From Flavobacteriaceae bacterium (GTDB lineage: Bacteria; Bacteroidota; Bacteroidia; Flavobacteriales; Flavobacteriaceae): DNA of 64,000 bases. This document shows, piece by piece, positions 58,433 through 64,000 of the stretch. The DNA lies in NCBI GenBank assembly GCA_017851655.1, contig JAFMMH010000002.1, positions 813-64,812 of the forward strand, written 5' to 3'. Position 1 is the stretch's first letter. Every line of letters starts with the position of its first letter. Both the position numbers and the translations under genes were made by a program. The notes under the pieces are model-generated. The model saw only the letters and a program-made list of their open reading frames with translations. It made no database searches and had not been told where the DNA came from.

Positions 58433-59212
58433 TTAGAGAGATCGATCTAAATGGGTGTATCCTCCATCTACAAAAATCAATTGTCCTGTAGTATGGCTCG
58501 ATTGTTTAGATAGAAGAAAAGCAACTGTATTTCCAATTTCCTCAGCAGTTGTCATTCTTTTTTCCAAAGGGATTTTCGCTTCAATTTGTTGCAATTTTTC
58601 TTTTGGATCTGGAAAGGTCTTTATCCATTTTTCATACAAAGGAGTATAACACTCTGCTACAATTACTGCATTCACACGTATTGCAAAGGGTAATAATTCT
58701 ACTGCCCATTCTCGAGTTAACGCATTTCTCCCCCCATTTGCTGCTGCATAGCCCGATGTTCCGCCCTGTCCTGTAAATGACGTTTTAGAGCCAATATTGA
58801 CGATTGCACCTTTAGATTTTTTAAGTGCAGGAAGGCAATAATGTGCCATCATATAATAATGCGTAAGATTTCTATGAATAGATTGGGTAAATTCCTCAAA
58901 ACTACCTTCAGATAAACTGATACTGTCGTTTATTCCTGCATTATTAACTAAACCATCAATTGTACCATAGTCCTGAATTATTTTATCCACCGCCAACTTA
59001 CACTGATCTGGATCGGTTAATTCTGCATAAGCCACCCCAGCCTTTCCGCCAAGTTTTTCAAGCTCTTTAAGAGCCTTTGGAATAGTCTCCTTATTCCTCC
59101 CAATAATCACTGGAATAGCTCCTTCTAGAATTAATCGCTCACATATTCCGTAACCAATCCCTTTGGACCCACCTGTTACTATTATAATTTTTCCTTTGAG
59201 TTTTAAATCCAT
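58433..59212 (-). CDS. SDR family oxidoreductase (L-fucose dehydrogenase candidate)
   Basis: TGGSKGIG, NNAG, and Y-x-x-x-N/K region (SGYAAANGG). Confidence 0.8.
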   Translation of the reverse strand: MDLKLKGKIIIVTGGSKGIGYGICERLILEGAIPVIIGRNKETIPKALKELEKLGGKAGVAYAELTDPDQCKLAVDKIIQDYGTIDGLVNNAGINDSISLSEGSFEEFTQSIHRNLTHYYMMAHYCLPALKKSKGAIVNIGSKTSFTGQGGTSGYAAANGGRNALTREWAVELLPFAIRVNAVIVAECYTPLYEKWIKTFPDPKEKLQQIEAKIPLEKRMTTAEEIGNTVAFLLSKQSSHTTGQLIFVDGGYTHLDRSL

Positions 59213-59217
59213 AGTTT

Positions 59218-60048
59218 CTATTCTGTGATCTTGTATATCCTAGCAGCATTGCCTCCAAAAAGTTTTTTATTCTGCTCCTCACTGAATCCAGCAGTATATT
59301 CCTCGATCAAAAGGAGTACATCTTGATAAGTCGCAGCCACTAAACAAACTGGCCAATCTGATCCAAAAAGAATACGATCTTCTCCAAAACATTCAAAAAC
59401 TATATCCAAATAAGGAGTGAAATCAGAGGGTGAAAAGTTTGTAAAATCCGCCTCTGTAACCAATCCAGAAATTTTACAGGCTACATTTGGATTTTGAGCT
59501 AGAAGCTGGATGCCAATTTTCCAATCAGAAATTTTCTGATTTCTAATTTCTGGCTTTGCTATATGATCGATTATAAATTGTTGTTTAGGAAATTGTTTCA
59601 CTAGTTCTATAGCTGCGTTGAGTTGAAACGGATAAATTAGAATATCATAAGTCAAATCAAACCTGCTTAGTTTTGAGATTCCATTTTGAAAATCTTTAAG
59701 CAAAAGGAAATCCTGTTTCTCTGCTTGAACTATGTGCCTTAATCCTTTGAAATATTGATTTTGACTATAATATTCCAGTCTTTTTTCTAGGTTTTTATCT
59801 CGAAGATCAACCCAGCCCACTACTCCTTTTACAAAGTCGAATTGTTCAGCAAGGTGAAGTAAAAACTCGGTCTCTTGCTCTGATTGATCTGCCTGAACTG
59901 CGATACAGCCATCAATTGAATTTGTTGTTAAAAGTGGTTTCAAATCTGAAGGTAAATAATCTCGTTTTAGAACTCCCATCGTTTCATCGATCCATGAATC
60001 CCTATAAGGGTCGAATTTCCAAAAATGTTGATGGGCATCTAATCTCAT
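59218..60048 (-). CDS. amidohydrolase_2 family protein (L-fucono-1,5-lactonase candidate)
   Basis: MRLDAHQHFW N-terminus, IIDHIAKP, and GSDWPV are COG3618-type lactonase blocks. Confidence 0.75.
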   Translation of the reverse strand: MRLDAHQHFWKFDPYRDSWIDETMGVLKRDYLPSDLKPLLTTNSIDGCIAVQADQSEQETEFLLHLAEQFDFVKGVVGWVDLRDKNLEKRLEYYSQNQYFKGLRHIVQAEKQDFLLLKDFQNGISKLSRFDLTYDILIYPFQLNAAIELVKQFPKQQFIIDHIAKPEIRNQKISDWKIGIQLLAQNPNVACKISGLVTEADFTNFSPSDFTPYLDIVFECFGEDRILFGSDWPVCLVAATYQDVLLLIEEYTAGFSEEQNKKLFGGNAARIYKITE

Positions 60049-60908
60049 CTTATTTCGGAATAGGCGATTACCTTTTGTTTTGAACTTCCTAAACCTTCTA
60101 TGCCTAATTCAACCTCATCTCCTTCAACCAGGTATTTAGGAGGGTCAAGTCCAAGACCAACGCCAAAAGGTGTGCCAGTAGAAATAATATCTCCCGGTAG
60201 TAGTGTCATAAACTGACTAATATGACTGATGACATGCTGTACATTAAATATAAAATCTGATGTATTGCTGTCTTGCATGATCTTGCCATTGAGTTTAAGC
60301 CAAAGTCTTAAATTATTGGGATTTCCAATTTCGTCAGGAGTGGCAATAAATGGTCCTATAGGAGCGAAAGTATCACAACTTTTCCCTTTTACCCACTGGC
60401 CAGATCGTTCTAATTGAAACGCCCTTTCACTAACATCGTTATGAAGTACATAACCGGCAATATGCTTCATTGCATCTTCTTCACTCACATATGCTGCTTT
60501 TTCACCGATTACGATTGCCAACTCTACCTCCCAATCTGTCTTTGTACTTCCTTTAGGAAGCATTATAGGATCATTTGGGCCAACAATTGCTGAGGTTGAT
60601 TTAAAGAATAGTACCGGTTCATTTGGTGGTTCCATTCCACTTTCCGCTGCATGTTTCGCATAATTTAGTCCTACACAAACTATTTTAGATGGTCTGACTA
60701 AAGGTGCGGATAATCTTATGTTTGAATCAACTATAGGACAGTGAGATTGGTTTTTTTCTAACCACTTTTTAAGAGATCGAATTCCTCCTTCTCCAAAAAA
60801 AGTTTCGTCATAATCTTGTCCAAAAGCGCTAACATCAAGTCTCGTCCCATCTGCAAGTTCAATGCCCGGTTTTTCATTAGTTATTGTTCCAAATCGGATT
60901 AGTTTCAT
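60045..60908 (-). CDS. fumarylacetoacetate hydrolase family protein (2,4-diketo-3-deoxy-L-fuconate hydrolase candidate)
   Basis: KIVCVGLNYAKHA, WEVELAIVIG, and GDIISTGTP blocks. Confidence 0.8.
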   Translation of the reverse strand: MKLIRFGTITNEKPGIELADGTRLDVSAFGQDYDETFFGEGGIRSLKKWLEKNQSHCPIVDSNIRLSAPLVRPSKIVCVGLNYAKHAAESGMEPPNEPVLFFKSTSAIVGPNDPIMLPKGSTKTDWEVELAIVIGEKAAYVSEEDAMKHIAGYVLHNDVSERAFQLERSGQWVKGKSCDTFAPIGPFIATPDEIGNPNNLRLWLKLNGKIMQDSNTSDFIFNVQHVISHISQFMTLLPGDIISTGTPFGVGLGLDPPKYLVEGDEVELGIEGLGSSKQKVIAYSEIR

Positions 60909-60914
60909 TTTCTT

Positions 60915-61697
60915 TTATTTTCCGTTTAATTTTATAAATCCTCCATCAATTGGATAATCTGTTCCTGTAATAAATCCTGCTTCATCAGAACATAAGTACA
61001 AAGCGAGGGCAGCGATTTCCTTAGGAGTTCCCATTCTTCCAATGGGTTGTGTTTTTGATAGTTTCTCAAACATTTCCGCTTCGGCCCCAGGATAATTTTG
61101 TTTAATAAATCCATCTACGAAGGGTGTGTGAACTCTTCCTGGTGAAATTGAATTACATCGGATATTATCTTCAATGTAATCTTTTGCAATAGAATACGTC
61201 ATAGAGAGGACGGCCCCTTTAGTCATAGAATATGCAAAACGATCCTTTATCCCAACTGAACTCGCAATTGAGGCTAAATTTAATATACAGCCTTTGCCCG
61301 CCTTTTTCATTTGAGTGATGCAAGCTTTGGTGCAATTAAATACACCTTTAACATTAACATTATAAAGTCTGTCAAAAGCTTCTTCATCAGTAGATTCAAC
61401 TGTGCCTACATGTGCGATTCCTGCATTATTGATTAGTACATCAACAGGGCTTTCTTTTGAAATTTCCATTACGACAGAAGAAACTTCAGTGTATTTGGTA
61501 ACATCACATTGGTGTGCACTCGCAGTAAAACCAGCCGATTGAATTTCCTTTACGGTTTGTAATGCTCCCGATAAATTAGTGTCTAAAATATGAACTGTGG
61601 CACCCTGTTCTGCAAAGGTTGTAGCAATGGCTTGTCCAATACCACTCCCCCCTCCTGTGATGATTATTCTTTTGTTTACTAGACTAAACATTGCCAT
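60915..61697 (-). CDS. SDR family oxidoreductase (2-keto-3-deoxy-L-fuconate dehydrogenase candidate)
   Basis: TGGGSGIG, NNAG, and YSMTKGAV catalytic region. Confidence 0.8.
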   Translation of the reverse strand: MAMFSLVNKRIIITGGGSGIGQAIATTFAEQGATVHILDTNLSGALQTVKEIQSAGFTASAHQCDVTKYTEVSSVVMEISKESPVDVLINNAGIAHVGTVESTDEEAFDRLYNVNVKGVFNCTKACITQMKKAGKGCILNLASIASSVGIKDRFAYSMTKGAVLSMTYSIAKDYIEDNIRCNSISPGRVHTPFVDGFIKQNYPGAEAEMFEKLSKTQPIGRMGTPKEIAALALYLCSDEAGFITGTDYPIDGGFIKLNGK

Positions 61698-61842
61698 ACC
61701 GATCTGCTAAAAGATTAATTATTATGTACCACTAAATTTACACAATTGAATCAAGCAAGCAACTTTTTCAAATAATAAACTGCCTCAATGAAGTGGAGTG
61801 AAGTGTTTGAAAGGAGTCGTAAGGCAGCTTTAAAAGAAATGG

Positions 61843-62049
61843 CTATTTGCCCCTACCTGTTTTTCGAACTGCAGTTGTTCGCTTTGCTGCTCTTGGGGTA
61901 ACTACTTTTTTATTTTTCTCGTCTTGAGTTCCTTTTACTTTGCTATTGCCAAAAAATTTGCTGCTCATAATATCTGTTTCTTCAAAGATAACATATAAAA
62001 ACTTTAAGAATAAGATCAAAAAAATAAAAGGGTACGTCCAGCCAACCAT
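61843..62049 (-). CDS. small protein with Lys/Arg-rich tail (68 aa from ATG 62049, or 41 aa from ATG 61968)
   Basis: C-terminal KVKGTQDEKNKKVVTPRAAKRTTAVRKTGRGK. The long form adds one TM helix. No recognisable family. Confidence 0.4.
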   Translation of the reverse strand: MVGWTYPFIFLILFLKFLYVIFEETDIMSSKFFGNSKVKGTQDEKNKKVVTPRAAKRTTAVRKTGRGK

Positions 62050-62066
62050 AGCCTTGCTACCCTTTT

Positions 62067-62092
62067 AAAAAAAGTAGGGTGTGAAACCCTAC
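62067..62092 (-). terminator. orphan intrinsic terminator on the minus strand
   Basis: Minus strand reads GTAGGGT-TTCAC-ACCCTAC followed by TTTTTTT. No minus-strand ORF lies upstream of it. Confidence 0.5.
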
Positions 62093-62224
62093 GGGACAAA
62101 AGTAGTTAATATTAATCCAATCCGACTAACCCGTTACACCTTTTATTGAAAATCATCAGCTTTCAGTTATCTGCTCATCAGATATGAATTCACTAACTTG
62201 AGCTTTCTTTTGAAATGGCTCCTT

Positions 62225-62755
62225 ATGAATTTCTATTCATTTTTAATTCTGATTGTTATGATGCAAGGCTATGAAACCCAACCCTATAAAGTCGTAAAAA
62301 ATTACGATATGTTTGAGTTACGTTATTATCCTTCGGTAGCTATGGTTCAAACGGAAAGTGATACTGAATCAGGACAAAATTTTAGAAAACTCTTCCAGTA
62401 CATTTCAGGATCTAACGAATCCAATCTCAAGATTGCAATGACCACTCCTGTGCACATGGAAAAAAAAGGGAATAAGGAAAAAATGGCTTTTGTTTTGCCA
62501 AGTTCAATAGAGATCCCTCCCGAACCTCAAAATAAAAATGTTCAAATAATCCAATCGAAAGAAGCCTATTTTGCTGCTATTGGATACGGTGGATATTCAA
62601 CTAAAAGTAAATCAGAATACTACACCAAAATCCTTAAAGAGAATCTGAATGAAAATAAGCTGAAAATTCAAGGAGATCCTATCCTTTTGGGATATAATTC
62701 TCCTTATAAATTTTTTAATCGTCTCAATGAGATTATCATTGAAGTTGCTTATTGA
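62225..62755 (+). CDS. SOUL haem-binding family protein
   Basis: YETQPYKVVKNYDMFELRYY N-terminal pattern and MTTPV block typical of SOUL/HBP. ATG 62225 preferred over TTG 62198. Confidence 0.75.
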   Translation: MNFYSFLILIVMMQGYETQPYKVVKNYDMFELRYYPSVAMVQTESDTESGQNFRKLFQYISGSNESNLKIAMTTPVHMEKKGNKEKMAFVLPSSIEIPPEPQNKNVQIIQSKEAYFAAIGYGGYSTKSKSEYYTKILKENLNENKLKIQGDPILLGYNSPYKFFNRLNEIIIEVAY

Positions 62756-62919
62756 TTTTTAATACCTCAAATCTTTTTTCGCTTTTTTTAAAGCATTTTT
62801 TAAACTAAGGTTCAAGGCTTTAAAAGAAAAAAGACGTCTAAATTTCCCTAAAGTCTAAAATTTATGTTAGTTTGACAACGTTCGTTAAATTCTAATAAAA
62901 ATAAATTTCTATCTCTTCA

Positions 62920-64000
62920 ATAAAAGATAAAAAAGGCGCCTTTCTCAGTATTTTTCTATTGATTCTTTCAGGTGAGCTTGTTTTTATCTTGCCTTATTTT
63001 TTGTCTCGAGTTTTTAGACCTACTTTTTTAGATGTCTTTAATTTGACAAATCTTGAATTGGGAAGTTTGTTTTCGATATATGGCATTGTAGCTTTATTTT
63101 CCTATCCCTTGGGAGGAATTATTGCGGATAGATTTCTGCCAGGAAAGCTTATTGCTATCTCTCTTATCTTGACAGCCTTGGGTGGTATATTGCTAGCTAT
63201 TTATCCCCCTTATTTTGTATTGCAAATTCTTTATGGTTATTGGGGATTTACTACCGTATTCCTTTTTTGGGGTGCAATGATCAAGGGGACTCGACTTTGG
63301 GGAGGAACAAAAAATCAAGGCGAAGCTTTTGGAATTTTAGATGGAGGAAGAGGTCTAGTGGCTGCAATAATGGGAAGCATAGGAGTTATAATCTATTCTA
63401 TGTTCATGGAAAAAGATATTGAGACTGCAAGTCTAATTGAACGTCAAAATGCTTTTCGTTATGTTATTTTATTTGCTTCTTTCATCGTAGCTTTTGTAGG
63501 AACATTAGTGTATTTCAATTTAAATATTAAGCCAAATCAACAAAGGAGAATAAGTAGCGTCAAAAACTCTTTTACGAATATCAGCAATGTATTAAAATTA
63601 GAAGCAGTTTGGTTACTAATGTTTATTATCCTTTGTGCCTATTTTGGGTATAAGGTTACTGATATTTATTCTTTGTATGCTTCTGAAGTTATGAATTATG
63701 ATGAAATACAGTCTGCAAATGTAGGGGGGCTTCAGTTATACTTAAGACCTTTTGCTTGTTTTGTTTTTGGATATTTGGCTGACAAATCTAAAAGTATATT
63801 CTGGATTATTATTGGGTTTTTGGTCATGTTAGTTGGCTCAATTCTCTTTGCCTCAGGGATTATTAAATCCAATTTAAATGTCTTATTTTTCATATCCCTA
63901 ATTATTCTAGGCATAGGAACCTATGCTATTCGGGCTTTATATTTTGCAGTTTTACAGGAGGGTCAAGTTTCTTTAGCACTAACAGGAACAGCAGTTGGGC
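62920..64000 (+). CDS. MFS transporter, 3' end outside window; start uncertain (ATA 62920 / ATT 62905 / TTG 62959)
   Basis: Frame 1 is open from 62905 to the window end (checked codon by codon). Polytopic sequence ...GAFLSIFLLILSGELVFILPYFLSRVFRPTFLDVF...ILDGGRGLVAAIMG... Missing from the ORF track because it has no stop in the window. Confidence 0.75.
   Translation, partial: MKDKKGAFLSIFLLILSGELVFILPYFLSRVFRPTFLDVFNLTNLELGSLFSIYGIVALFSYPLGGIIADRFLPGKLIAISLILTALGGILLAIYPPYFVLQILYGYWGFTTVFLFWGAMIKGTRLWGGTKNQGEAFGILDGGRGLVAAIMGSIGVIIYSMFMEKDIETASLIERQNAFRYVILFASFIVAFVGTLVYFNLNIKPNQQRRISSVKNSFTNISNVLKLEAVWLLMFIILCAYFGYKVTDIYSLYASEVMNYDEIQSANVGGLQLYLRPFACFVFGYLADKSKSIFWIIIGFLVMLVGSILFASGIIKSNLNVLFFISLIILGIGTYAIRALYFAVLQEGQVSLALTGTAVG

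Noticed and set aside
62153-62181. Two CUGAUGA motifs on the minus strand (plus-strand TCATCAG at 62153-62159 and 62175-62181), followed by GAAA. This resembles a hammerhead ribozyme core.
   Set aside because: I could not build stem II between CUGAUGA and GAAA. GCAGATAACT gives at best 3 bp, and it breaks the required G-C closing pair. No stem I or stem III pairing is evident, so this looks like a chance motif.
63240-63422. 60-aa ORF (MGIYYRIPFLGCNDQGD...) and the minus-strand ORF 63732-63914.
   Set aside because: They are out-of-frame or antisense shadows of the MFS transporter gene, whose frame 1 is open from 62905 to the window end.
1-64000. Scan for tRNA/rRNA genes, CRISPR arrays, IS elements or transposases, integrases, toxin-antitoxin pairs and known defence-system signatures.
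   Set aside because: None was recognised by eye. There is no regularly spaced repeat array and no DDE, tyrosine-recombinase or serine-recombinase motif in any listed ORF. No intergenic gap is long enough for an rRNA. tRNAscan/Infernal, ISfinder and defence-system HMM searches would be needed to exclude small or degenerate elements.

Overview
AT-rich, gene-dense chromosomal window that looks like a Bacteroidota (Flavobacteriia-like) genome. Support: an ileS / dksA-like / lspA string, many Cys-lipobox lipoproteins, TTTG / TAnnTTTG-type promoter boxes, and almost no Shine-Dalgarno motifs.

Layout:
- 1-21.4 kb, housekeeping: ileS, lspA, uvrC, pgi, recJ, rsmI, tdk, alr, asd, DUF177-rpmF-fabH-accB-accC.
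- 21.4-39.9 kb, mixed: prolyl oligopeptidase, SulP transporter + beta-carbonic anhydrase, TetR, GH20, BASS, pdxA, ribE, NhaP-type antiporter, 2OG oxygenase, and a GH109-like / GHMP kinase / nucleotidyltransferase operon.
- 40.5-47.6 kb: a translationally coupled four-gene operon of uncharacterised envelope proteins (PSCyt/DUF1549-LamG-DUF1553, Tat-DUF1501, Tat beta-propeller, DUF2231-cytochrome c-LRR). This is my best candidate for an undescribed system.
- 47.5-61.7 kb, carbohydrate-oriented: PIG-L deacetylase, Gfo/Idh/MocA oxidoreductase, gntK-gnd, sulfatase, large Zn metalloprotease, and a seven-gene non-phosphorylative L-fucose operon that lacks a dehydratase.
- The window ends inside an MFS transporter gene.

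I saw no rRNA, tRNA, CRISPR array, transposase or integrase by eye.

Main sequence-level oddities:
1. A diverged copy of the asd 3' end lies 2.07 kb downstream of asd and brackets a three-gene islet.
2. Three genes (lspA, GHMP kinase, MFS) have conserved N-termini upstream of any canonical start codon, which suggests ATT/ATA (or CTG) initiation.
3. A promoter-to-terminator ~160-nt intergenic unit carries a strong SD-like box and a 20-codon ORF.
4. Three tandem mini-ORFs encode single-helix peptides.

All functional calls rest on motif recognition in the supplied translations. No database search was run.
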